Of a stretch of DNA of 64,000 nt, positions 33,181 through 46,457 are shown piece after piece. Every line of letters begins with the position of its first letter. The first letter of the stretch is position 1. The stretch lies in assembly GCA_949358305.1 (NCBI GenBank), contig OX442314.1:558001-622000 (forward strand), read 5' to 3'. Source of the stretch: Strigamia acuminata (taxonomy: Eukaryota). The notes below the pieces were generated by a model that searched no databases, had not been told where the DNA came from, and was given only the letters and a program-made list of their open reading frames with translations. The position numbers were made by a program, and so were the translations under genes.

Positions 33181-36100
33181 TTATTCGGGAATGGCAAATG
33201 GTACGGGTTGATTATTTTCCTTTAAAATATTCGCTAGGAATCTCAACGTACGATCACTCGGCACGACACGTTCGTCTTGCATCGTCGACCAAACATCGAG
33301 CGCCGATTCAAAGTCATTCGCGCAACCTAAATAAAAAATTCAAAAATTCAATAAAAGAAATAATAAAATGGAAAAACTTTAATTCTATAAATTACCATAA
33401 GCCGTCAATAGATAATAAAACATTCGATCGCGATCGACGTGGAGTAAATCGCGAGTCGCTCGCACTAAATCCTCCAGAACCCGAATTTGATTCTCTTCGA
33501 TCAATCGTTCGCATTGCACGTCTAATCGGCCTTGCTTTGCACGAAATCCGCTACTCTGTAAATTCATCGTTGAAAAAAAATCAATTCCTTGGCTTAGGAC
33601 TCTTAGGAGTCACAAAAGATTAAAAATACATGAAATATGTCGTTTGCTTCAATTGTTTTTCCACAGTAGACGTAGGAAAAGGCCAAATCGTGCGATGCGT
33701 TGTCTTTGCCGTGGATTTTCGAATTCAATTTCACAACTAAAATAAACAGAAAAGAAAAATTTACACGTGGCACGCAAAACATGCATTTTCACACGGAAAT
33801 ACATTTTTTAGGCATCAAAAAACATTTTTTAGGCAACAAAAAATTTATTTTTCCTTAGAGAATGCGGTTTAAGGACGAAATTTTCATTTAGTTGCACAAA
33901 TTTCACTTATTAGTGGAAAGAAATTCACTTTTTAGTGGAAAAAATCCACAAAATCCACAATAAAATGTGTTTTATGTATAGAAATGCATTTTCTGTTTAC
34001 TGTTTACTCTTGCGCAAGCTTTGAGCATCTCCAACACGAATCAAACGTTCCAATAAGTGACTTCGCCACGGAGTGCAACGATACGTTTTGCATATTTCTT
34101 CAAATTTAGCGACCGCTGCCTTCAAATCGCCCCTGAAAACAAATGACTGACAATGACGGCGTTGTGTTATTGTATTATTGAAACTCACTTGATACAATAC
34201 GACTTGATTAACGGTCCGAGAAGTTTATTGGTCGGCCGGCAGAATTTCCGTTTCATTATCAAATCGAATAAATGCTGCGCGAGATCCACGTTTCCTTTGT
34301 CGGCGGCCGCGTCGACGAGTCGCCAAGCCGGCATTTCCGTCTTCGCCGAAACCATTTCCACTTCCTGTTCCTCCAGAAACGTCAACGCTTCTGAATAAAT
34401 TTGAAAATTATTCGTTTTATTTTATATTTTTTAAATTCAACAATTTTCCACCTTCGATCTCGTCCGCTCGCACGAGCGCCGCAGCGTAATTCATGACTTT
34501 GCGCTCGTCGATCGCTTTGTTTCGTTCATTTGATTTTCTGTCACAAATATATTTAATTACAATATTTTACATTAAATTAATAAATTAATATTCGTACAAT
34601 TTCGTCAAAATTGCTTTAGCTTCGTCGATTTTGTCGTGATTCGAATAGAGCTCCATTAACAGCGCCATTATTCCGTCCATGTAAACGACGCCTTGGGAAT
34701 CCAATTCCGCCTTGAGTTCTTCCACTCTTTCTAAATTCTAAGAAATAAAATTAAAAAATTAATGCGAAATAATTAATCCAAAGAAAAATTTACATTATCG
34801 CGGCAATAATAAACGAGAAGTTTAATCAAAATGCCTTTCGTGTTTTCCTTTTTATTCATTCGATCGATTAGATCATTTTCCAACTCTTCAACGTTTGTTT
34901 TATTCTAAAAAATATAAAATAAAACGAATCTCCTTTAAATTATTCGTTTTAAATTCTTTTTACCGCCGGTTTCTCACTATTCCGATTGTCGGAGACGACC
35001 AGTTTTCCGAGCAACTGAAAACGAGCAAATCAAAATTAAATTCAACTCCATTTTGGTTTTTTTCGATAATTTACAAAATTAATGGGATGATTGGCGGCCA
35101 TTTTCGTGTAATTCTGGATCATCGTTTTCACTCTAAGCGTCACGAGAAGCTTCTAAGGAGATCAAGTAACAATTTATCCATTTTTTTTTAGTCCGCGAGT
35201 GTTAATTCGCTACTTTTTCGAGCATAGCTGCGAGAATCTGTTCGGTTTTGCGCTCGTCGCGACGTTCTTGGAGACAGTAATTGGTAAGAAATTTACCGTA
35301 AACATCTATTTAAATAAATGAAATAAAATAAAAGAAAATAAAATGATAAATTGGTTTACCTACTGGCGAATCCTGGTGGTTTTTACGCTTCAACATGTGC
35401 AAAATCTACAACAAAAAAATTAAATTAAAATAATAAAAATGGAAAAATCAAAATGTTTCAAACGTTTAACGTGGAATTGAAATCACCGGTGGCTTCGCAG
35501 GCTCGTGCCAACGACTTGGTCATTGAAATCATGTTTATGGACGTCACGTGATCGGCCACTAAACAAAAAAATATAAAAACCGAATAACTCGTCGATAAAT
35601 TTCATTACTTAAATTAAATGTCTTCTCCAACTCGTTCTGCGTGATGTAATATTCGACGAGAGGAACCGACACGCTCGTCACATTGTAACCAAAATTCTAT
35701 TTTCAAAATTATTTCCAAATTATTTCCAAATTTGCATCTATTTTCTACCTCCAGTTTAGCGACGACGTCTTTATACGCGTTTGTGTCAATATTTGGGTAA
35801 AAATACTCAAAAAACGTCCTGTAATCAGCGGAACAATCGTAATCCTTCATCAACTTAATCACTTCGTAAAGTCCTAGATTCAATTTAATTTAATTTAATT
35901 TAATTCAATTCAATTGCGTACGATATACTCGATTCATCTGCGTTCTGTTTCTTCAACTGCAATAAAATTGGCCAAAAATAGTGAGTCCGGACGGGTAAAG
36001 ACTAGAATATTTAAAAAATAAAATTTAATTGATTAAAATTTCGAGTTTAAATTAATTTTACCGCCTTTTTCATCGCCTTTATGAGAGCCAACGCGTGACC

Positions 36101-37824
36101 TAAATTAATTAATTAATTAAATTCGTTTGGAAAAAAATAATTTGACAAATTTTACCAGTTTTCTCGTACAACAGCGCGTTTTGTGTCGCGGTTTGCAGAG
36201 CGATTTTGTTCATTCCGCGCGACTTTAAATCGTTGCAAATTTTGATGATTTTGTCGACGGGCTAGAAATGAATTTCTGAATAAATGATTTAGTTAAGAAT
36301 TGGTAAATTTTACCCTTTCGACTCGGACCAATTGGCGGATTAGAAAAGCGCCGCACGGAAGCGCGGAACCGTCGGACAGCGTGACGGGAGTCATTTCGTC
36401 GAGCAATTCGAGCGCCGTTTCGTCTCGATCGCAAATGATTAATTTCACGATGCAGGAGATGCATTCTTGATTAAACGCCACGAATTTGTTCAACCTTTTT
36501 ATTATCTGTAATAAAAAAAAGTTAAATTAAATTTCAATTTAAATTTGAAAACGGAAAAAACTCGCCTCTTTGACGTGTTGCGTGTGGCCATTTTTAGCCA
36601 AATGATAAATTATATCCAAATAATGCTCGTCCGATAGAAATAAATGCTTCTGCTCCATCATTTCCAACATCTGTGGTCGGAAAATAATTGAAAAATTGAA
36701 CAAAAATTGACAGAAATTGAAAAAATGAACGGAAAACGACCTGACGCAAACTTCGCATTTCACCTTTGACGGCAAATGCGTTGAGAATCGGAGAATAAGA
36801 CGCAATTCCTGGCTCCAGACCCGATTTCCTCATTGCGGACAATATATTTTTAGCAGCTAACAATTTACTGAAAAATTTAAAAATTTAAAAAACTTAAAAT
36901 TTTTAAATAATTTTAAAAATGTACTCCGCTTTTGCGTGACCCAGGATTAAATGATTAAACGTTTTCTCGTTGATCGCAAGTCCTTTATCCTTCATTTGAT
37001 GCAATACCTTTCTAAGAAGAGAGGAAAATTAGTAATTTGTCGAGTTTAATGTCAAATTTCGTTACTTGGCTCCTTCGGTGTCCCCTCGCTGACAATAATT
37101 TGCAATTAGAAGCTCGTAAGTGCGTTTGTTGGGCGACACGCGTTTCGATTCCATTTGCGACACGAAATCCAACGGATCGAACTTGTGTTCGTTGTCGAAA
37201 TAAATTTTCAGTAATTGGTTCGTGTGATGCACGTCGAAAAAACATCCTGCAACCGACAAATTAGCAAATTATTTCCATTTTTTGCTTTATTTTTACCGTT
37301 TTTTTCGAAACGATTCCAAATTTGCGCGACTAATTTCGACCGAGTTTCGAGTTTCTCGTCGGGCAGTAATTCCCCACAGCATCGAATGAGCAACAAACCG
37401 TCGTCGGGATCCGCTGTACACAAGAATTAAATAAATATATTGCAAATATTTATTTTTCTACCAAAATGTACCGGAATTTGCGAAATGGTTGAAGACGAGT
37501 TCAACGTCTTTCATGGAAATTCTGCCCACTTTTCTCGCAGCCATGTCCAGTTTGTTTATTGTGGCGATTAACTCGTCGTCTTTTTCGTTTTCCGTGGACG
37601 AGCATCTTGAGAATAAACGGGAAATCGGATAAAATAAAAATTAGTGCATTTCCTATTTTTTTTATTTTTTATCTTTACCGAATTTGGTTTGTTTTGGGTT
37701 TTTCAAACGCCAAAATAAATCGGTGGTTTCTTTTTGTGATTTTTAGGTGCGAAGTGTTTCTTTGCGGATTGAAACGTGGTAAAATCCAGCGAGCGAGTCT
37801 CACGAGTCGAAAGGCAGACGCCAT
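33181..37824 (-). CDS. LRPPRC: Leucine-rich PPR motif-containing protein, mitochondrial (short form, about 25 exons)
   Basis: Basic targeting-like N-terminus MASAFRLVRLARW; KLDMAARKVGRIS; LLLIRCCGELLPDE; PPR repeats (PNKRTYELLIANYCQRGD); RTHYFWPILL; VDRDRMFYYLL; ends RTLRFLANILKENNQPVPFAIPE*. Confidence 0.9.
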
Positions 37825-38094
37825 GTTTAGTTTTCCTAGCGAGAAAAAATGGCGAAACAGATTATTAAGTAATTAATTAATTAATTCATACCTAATTTAA
37901 TTATTTAAACTAATAATAATTAATCATTCGATCAATTAATAAATTGTTTATTTCTGCATTGGTCCGGCAATGGCAACGCCATTTTAGATAGCCTCCAACT
38001 AGCGCCGTGCTGCGTCGTATCATTGGAAATAGAATTCATCGCATCGTGATTCTGTGAAATTATTCCATTGCAATGAGACGGGTATAATAACAAC

Positions 38095-38126
<32 letters not shown>

Positions 38127-38350
38127 GGAATTAAATAAATTTCTCTATTTTTTTTAAAAAAAAGTTGACACAATTGTTTTGTTTTGGTGTTCAAAAACAC
38201 AACGGCGCATCGATGGGCGCGAAATTTGAATCGCCTCGATTATGTTGCAACTCATTCTGATTATTGTTGATGAAATTGAATGATGAAATTTGAAAAAAAA
38301 TTAAAATTTATTCAACATTTGTAATGTGTAATTACTAATTTGTCTAATTT

Positions 38351-41300
38351 CTAAGGCTTAAACGACAACAAAAAGAGCATTTCGGCCACCGTGGTTCGAC
38401 TGAGGGAGTAGTTCTGCAGCTCGTACATTTCTTTGGCCTCCTCCATGACCGCGAACAGATACGACCACTGCACTTTGAAATTGGGCAAATGAAAACAAAT
38501 GGCCGACTCGTACAAGCGGATCATGCTGCAGCCCTCGAATTTCGAGTCCATGAACTGATCCAAGAGCGTGATGGTCGCCTCGTGGTCGATGAAATAATTC
38601 ATCAAGATGACGATGGTCACTCCGTCGCCGAAGTCGCCTCGGATTTCGCTCGTTTTTCCGAAATGGATCAAACGACCGTTCGAGAGCACCGCCACGCGGG
38701 AACAGAGCGCGACGCATTCGGGCAGGCTGCTCGGCGCCATCACGACCGTTCGATCTAATCTCAGGAAAGTTTTCATCAGTTTCCACACTTGGATCGCCGA
38801 CTCGCCGTCGAATCCCGTCGTGGGTTCGTCCAGCAGGAGAATCGGCGGCCCGCTGATTACCGACAGAGCGATACTCACTTTTTGTCTCGTCACACTACTG
38901 TAATAACACATTACATTACATTCATTTTCATTTTTATTTTTATTTTTACTCGTGATGTTTGACGAGTAGATTTCGCTCTTCTTCCAAGTGGAAGACCGCA
39001 ATCAGGTCGTCTATTGTTAAATCCACATCGATCACACCTTTGAGCATGGAAAAAAGGTACAAAATCTCCCTGGTTGTCAAGGAGTCCATGAGTGAGCACG
39101 TTTGTGGACAGTAGCCGAGCTGCGAGAAATACTAAAGTGCAAAAAAGTGAGAAAAGTAAAAACAAGTAAACATCTGTAATGCAGGGAAGCATTACGTATT
39201 AGACTTCTAAACCCTGTCCCTCTGTCCGATTGAAATTCTCTGGAAATATCTTTAATTTCAAGTTTTTTTCTAAAGAATTTATATGGAAATTATAGATGTC
39301 TCCAGTGACTTTCTGGGGAAATATCTGTAATTTTTTTTTTATAATTTCCCGTTTTCCGGGATTGAACTCGTCGCAAATGCGCGATGTAGAGGTCACGCAG
39401 AAAGTCCGTCTGTCCCAAGTCTAAGCCGTATATTCCATGAAAATTACGGAAATGACGTCATCACGACGGCTTAAAGTGCACTAAAACCGGTTTATTAATT
39501 CAACCGGAGATCGGAGAAATCTGAAAATACCTCAGGATACTAATATACCTAGGTATACTGGATTTAATGCCGTTGTCCGTTTGGCTCTAGCTGCGATAGT
39601 TTTTGCGAAATCGTTGACGACACACGGACGGACGAACAGACATGACCGTTTCATGAGACTTTCTAAACATAGAGTTTAGAAGTCTAAAATGTTTTGCTTA
39701 TTTCCTGCCTACTTTTTTGGGGTCTGCTTCGAAAGTGGTGTCGAAAAGAGTTATTTTGCCTTGGTCCGCTCGTTCCACGCCGGCTATCATTTGGAGCAAA
39801 CTGCTCTTGCAAGCGCGCGACGCTCCCAGCAGACCGATGCACTCGCCGCATTTGATGGACAGGCTGATGCTTTTAATCAACTCCGTTGCGCCTACTCGTC
39901 GACTCACTCGGTCTAAATGAATGGCTCGGTTCGAATAAGCTGCAACTGATGAATGTACAATTGTAAATTGACAATTTTATCGGTTGTGTGGATGACTGAC
40001 TGCTAAGGACGTCCGATTCGAGACTGTCGCGAGGCAGAAACCAAAACAACGACTGCACGCGGCTAAAAAGCGACCAAGGTTTGTCTTTCGAGTCCAGTTC
40101 GTACAACCAAACGCACAGTAAATAGAACAGGCCGCACGCAGCTAGGGAAAGCATGTCTTCGACCACTCCCGACGACCAGATCTCTTCCTCTTTTGAAATC
40201 TTTTCTACACATGAAAATCAAATCAAATACAACATTTTTTGTTTAAATTTAAATTTACTTTGACAGCAATTTCCAACTTGTGGCGGTAGCTGTGAAATGC
40301 TACACAAGTCCGCTAGCGTGTGGGGATGGATGAATTGACACGCACCTAAAGCGATTTCTATGATTTTCATCACCGACATGATGCAGCAGAAATTGGGGAA
40401 AAGGCGAAAAAGCCAAGAGAAAATCCAACCGACGGCAGAAATGAGCGGGAAATCGGACAGGGAAGAAAATAAAACCACTGTCGGGAAGATTATACCTGAA
40501 ATTGAACAAATTAAACTCACTTCTTCGAACATCACTTCTCAGACAGTCATTTCTAAGACCGCGTTTCTCCAATAGGTCGTTTCGCGGGCAAATATTTTTC
40601 GAAGAACTGACCCATTCAATAAGCGATCGTCCGAGAAATAACGCACAATTCAAAACTTTTAAAATGTTAAATTATTAATCTAAGTTAATCAAACTTTGCG
40701 AAGTTGCGGGCAATGCCACGGATAAAAGCTGCTGAAGACATTGTGCGCCTTTCAGTCATCGAGTGGCGTATTCTTGCCTCCCTTGGCAGGTCCTTACGTT
40801 AATGCGACTTAACTGTGCACAACGTCACGTTAATCAGTGCTGGACTGGCCCGGCGGGATACTGGGAATTCCCCGGTGGCCCGTGGTTGCTGTGGCCCGTC
40901 TTGGCTTGCTATAGCCCGTCTTGGCTTGCTGTAACCCGTCCCGACTTGATTAATTGTGGCCCGAACATCCAGATTTCCCGGCACTAAATTTGTTCCCAGT
41001 CCAGCCCTGACGTAAGGCAGTGCTTGAACTTTGGGACCCCTTTTAGAAGCGCTTGGCGACAAGGGGCTCCGACCAATAAAATTACAAACACAAACCAGGA
41101 ATGACTAATGCATACTAATCATATCGCGACTAAATACGGTAAGCACCCAATTCCCCATCACAATAAAAAAGACCAGTTAAGGTGAGGTTCGCAGGGGTGA
41201 GGGCACTGTCCCCCCTTGCCAAGAAAAAAACCCTAGAACATGCAAATAATCAAGAAACAGCATTAGTCACTCCTGGCTGAGCAGCCCCCTGTCCTTTTGG

Positions 41301-44300
41301 GTATTCTGAGAGCTCAGTATGGTTAAAATCAGGGCCGTCTTTACACTTCTCAGCGCCCTGGGCTAATAAAACTCAGGCGTTCCTTGCCCAGCACTTTTTT
41401 GTGCCCAGCGCCCTTCTGGGCCCATCGAGCCCCTTGCCCGGCGCCCCCCTGTACCCGGCGCCCCTGGGCTGCAGCCCAGTTAGCCCAATGGTAAAGGTGT
41501 GCCTGGTTAAAATTGAAACAAACAAACAAACCAACCAACCAGTGATTAACATGCTGTTGAGTAAATTGAAGTAGGACGCGGTGGAATTTTTGGTCATGAA
41601 GGATATGACGTAGACAAATGGAATGGATGCCCAACCATTTAGTAGAAATATTGCAATTAATATGGCTGAAAAGAGTAAGAAAAAATTGCTAACGAGTAAC
41701 GAGTAATGATAATCAAATACCGTTTTGATTGGAGTCCTTTAAAAGTCCAATGGCATCCTCCGTAGTGAGAATCAAAACGAGGAAAATGAGGCAGACGCAA
41801 TAAACGGCGAAATCCCAAACGAGGCTCACGGACCACAAGTAGAATCGACCGACACCGCTCATCATTTGCAACTTCTTAAACTGGCTCGTGCGTTCCTCGA
41901 CCGGAAAAACGATGAAGGAACAGAGGATGATGGACAGGCAAAAGGGAATGAGGAGGGACAATAAAATGGTTTTCTCCAAAAGCAACATCCGGACGGACGG
42001 GATTCTTTTCGAGTAGGCGAGGTTGGTGGAGTTGGAGAAAACGAGTTTGTCGTCCGTGGCAGTGACGTTTAAATGGGAATCCAAAATGGCCATCACGAGC
42101 AGTTGGTGCGAATGAACGAGCGCTGGCGACATCAAGTTGAAGTAAACGGCAAAAATTGTGATAATGACGGGTGTTAGTAGCTGCGAAAACAAGGGATACA
42201 ATGTATGGAATACGTTGCGCTTGTCAATTGTCAATTGTCATTACTTGTGGCAGTAGTAATTGTTTTCTGTGGAAAATAAAACACCAACGTTTGTAAAATA
42301 GACCGAGGATTTGTTGGAGAATGTGCGACCATTTTTCACGAATCTGTTGCTGCGTTAGTTGGAAGATTCGGAAATCGTTGATTTGTTCCATATGAAGTTC
42401 TGAAATGCATGACATTCTTATTAGTCGTAGCCAGTTGAAAGTTTGTCACATTTTTTGTACCAGTTAAGATGTTTTCTTCCGTTACGTATTCGGCAGGTTC
42501 GGCGAAACTGCAAGTTTTAAAAAATACGAGTTAAGAAATTGATGAAAAGCGAAATGTACGATAAAAAATAAAAAGCGACAAATTATTTCTCCCCATCTTT
42601 GACTCATTTCCTCCCCCCCTAAAATGATTTTAATTTCCCTCGCTCAAACCCCCCCCCCCCCCCGAAACAAGGTGTTTTATGACTGCAAGTATTCAAGCTC
42701 TTGCAATGCCAAAACACTCCGTTCCACTACAGGGGAGCCATGTACTAACAACGGACTGGAGGCAACTAACAGCATCATAAAAACACATGAGACATTCCGG
42801 GAAAGACTACCAATCGACACCTTTATCGGTAAACTCAGAGAATTAGTTAAGTGTTGGTCACTCGAAAGGAACGTATAGTCCGTTAATGTGAATAAGTTTG
42901 CCGTGACGCCATCTGTTTCTTTGCAGCATTACACAGACGGCTACAATTGAAAACGAGCTAAACCAAGTGTGGTTATCCGGTCAATTGATCATGTGAAGTC
43001 ATACTACATCACCCCGAATGGACAGCCTTGTTTAAATGACAACACCATTGACACATACTTATGTCAGGAGGAACGAAAAAGCTGGCGCCGATTTGAGACA
43101 TACATCCAGTCAAGAAATCGTCTGTGGCATGTGTGGCATGTGAGGCGTGCTAACGATGAATGGAGTGCTGGAACTTGCACGTGCCCTGTGTTTGCAAAAA
43201 TTTACATCTGCAAACACATTGTAAGGATTGCAGTTATAGAAAATCTGCTGGTTGTTCCACCGAAGGCCAAAAATGTTCCTATCGGCCAGAAACGTAAGCG
43301 CGGACGACCATCGAAAGCAAAGAGAGCATTGTGTTCGAAATGAAAAGAAAACTGCATAATAATATTAAGTGTTGGGGTACGTTGGATAATAATTGGGGGT
43401 AAATCTGTTGGGGGGTAAAAAAATTATTAAGGGGGTAAACAGTTAGGGGAGTACCAGCAGGCTCCCCGGCAAGCTCCCCAATGTTTAAGTGTCCGCCGCT
43501 CGAAAACTAAGAGGGGTAGAGTGTTGTGCCTTTCGGGGTTTGTAGAGAAGGTTCTTTATATCGTTTGGTTTTTTAAATAAAAAAAATCCGTGGTCAGGTT
43601 GTTGAGGTATTGGGGTTTGAAGTTGTGGCACCAGATTTGGAAATTTAGTATAAGTCTTTTTTGTGCCATATACAAATGCTTGCTGCTCGAAAACTATGAG
43701 GAATAGAGACTTGTGCTGTTCAGGGTTTGTTTAGGAGAAAGTCCTCTTTCTTTTCGTGTAAAAACCAAACTACAGATAGAACAAATCCCATTTTTTTTTA
43801 CCACAGATTTCAATCTGTAGTTTGGGCGAATGTGAATGTGGTGCCAACTTCAGCCTGGTCCAAACCGCGACATTTTTAAACAACATTTTTAAACAACGGC
43901 TACCTTTCAATTCCCGTTGAAAATTCGGGCTAGAAAATTTTTGATTACCCTCCATTGCCACGTTAAATTAGTTTTGTTAGCACGTTGTATACCGGTACTC
44001 TAGCTCACTATAACTTGGGCCTATTTCCCATTGGCTGATCATTACTCCCAACAGTGTTGTGTGTGCTACCACCAGGAAAAATAGTTTCGTTTGGTTTTAA
44101 ATTTGTTTGATATTTTAATCATTGAAATGATGTAATATTGTTAGTATTTTTTAAGAAAATGTATCTTCAAGTCATAAAATAAAGATTTATGCTGGTTTAT
44201 TTCAACATTCATGTGCATTAAGTTTATTGCTTGCTTTTTCCGGAAAGCAAACAATTTTCTATTTTTTTATTGGTTGTTTTGTCTGGAAAGGGGCCGTCCA

Positions 44301-46417
44301 TAAATTACGTAACGCTCCAAGGGGGGGAAGGGGGTTTCAAATTTTGTTACGGATCATTAGTAAGCGAGAGGGGGGGGTTCTCAAAAATGTTACGGTCCAT
44401 GAAAAAAATTGTTTAATGTTTAAAAATTGAAAATATAAGAGTTTTTGAGATTGACTTTTGAAAATTTTGGGGGGGGTAAATTCAGTTTTATTACGTAATT
44501 AGGGGGGTGGGGGTTTGGGAATTTGTTACGGCCATGTTAGGAGGGGGGGAGGGGGTCTAAAATGGCCAAAATTTGCGTTACCGTATTACCCCGCCTATTG
44601 CCGCATGCCGGTGTAGTGCGAGTATTACCGGCATGCCGATAAACCCCGTTTTTAACGGCATGCCGGTGTAAATGAATACGAATTTTTTTTTCACCGTATC
44701 GGTAACATCCATTATACGCCCATTATACGTCGTTCATTTTAAGCAATTTTCGTTTATTTTAAGCAATTTTCGTTCATTTTAAGCAATTTTCACCCAATTT
44801 TCGTCCATTTTAAGCAATTTTCACCCAATTTTCGTTCATTTTAAGCAATTTTCACCCAATTTTCGTTCATTTTAAGAAATTTTCGTTCATTTTAAGCAAT
44901 TTTTGTTCATTTTAAGCAATTTTCACTTATACCGGCATGTTTCGGTCTATACCGGCATGCCGGTATAGACTTTTTACGAACGATTTCAAAACAGTCATAA
45001 ACCCATGCCCAACGGCATGCCGCAATAGGCGGGGTAATACGGTACGTAATTTATGGACGGCCCCAAAGCAGTCAAAATGTCAGCCAGTGTTTTGATCTAT
45101 TCTTTAGTATTACAACACGAGTGAAAAGGTTCAGCCAATGGGAAATAGGCCCAAGTTATAGTGAGCCAAAGTATAAGCTGAGATCGTTGTAAACGTGACG
45201 TCACGTACCCACTAATTTTTTTTATGATTGATTAAACTGAAAAACTATTCATAGGCAGAATGTTTCTTTTACTTGATAAGAGCACACTCGAACGAAGTAA
45301 CGTGAACATTGATGTTGTGCACCAGAAAGTCGGATTTGTTCTTCTCCAATTCGAATAAGACGTCGGGGAACAATTCTTTCGCTTCCAGCGGCAATCTGTA
45401 CGACAAATCATCGCCCGAATGCACGAGCACTCTTGCCTGCACAATATGGCGGGTGATCAATTCCGTGATGGGACTAATATCCGCATTTTTGTTGATCTTT
45501 AACACCAAGTTGTAACCCGCGCCTGGAAATAAATAAAATAATAATAAAATAAAATGAAACAAATAAGTTTCGACTTTGACCGATCGATCTTTCGATGTTC
45601 TCGTTGTTGCGGAACATTTTGATTTTTCCCGATCGAACCACCACAATTTTGCCGGCCAACTCGTTGGCTTCCCGCGCGCACTTCGTGGCCACGACGATGC
45701 AACTGCGATGCCGGTACTTCCTCAACAACTTCCAGATTCGGGGCTTCATTCGCGAATCCACATCCAGCGTGGGCTCGTCGAGGATAATAAGCTGGATAAA
45801 CAAAATAAAACACGGCGAAAAAGTGATAATCTTCCGAGTTAATCTACCCCCTGGTTGCTAACTAGGGCCATTCCTATCCCCAGACGCCGTTGAACGTCTT
45901 TGGGCAGGACTTGTCCGGGCCATGTTTGCTGAGTTTGTAAATCCAAACTGATCAAAATGAAGCTCACCTCCGATTGCAGATCGGGGCCTTGTTTGCCAGC
46001 AAGCTGAAACGAAAACCATCTTAAGGCTTATTTCAGCATTTTGTTTTGCAAATTCTTGTTACGCGAGCGTGGAATAAAAGATGTTCTTTAACCGTCAGGA
46101 AATTGTACAACATTATGTCGGTCTGCGGGCAGAATCCCAACCGCTCGCCTATCGACACGCCTTTTGGTAACTCAGTTTTAATGGAAATTGTTCCGCTCGT
46201 CGGTTCCACGAACCCTGCATTTAGTGATAATATTTGTATAATAATATTGTAAGCATTTTGTGTTATACAAACCAGCCACTATGGAAACAATTGTGGATTT
46301 GCCGCTTTTTTCCATTCCGTACAAAACCGTGATTTCGCCGCACTCAAATTGCACGTTGATGTTGTTCAGAATGTACTGCTTACAGTTGTCGTCTTTCTGT
46401 ATAAAAAAATAAAAAAA

Positions 46418-46457
<40 letters not shown>

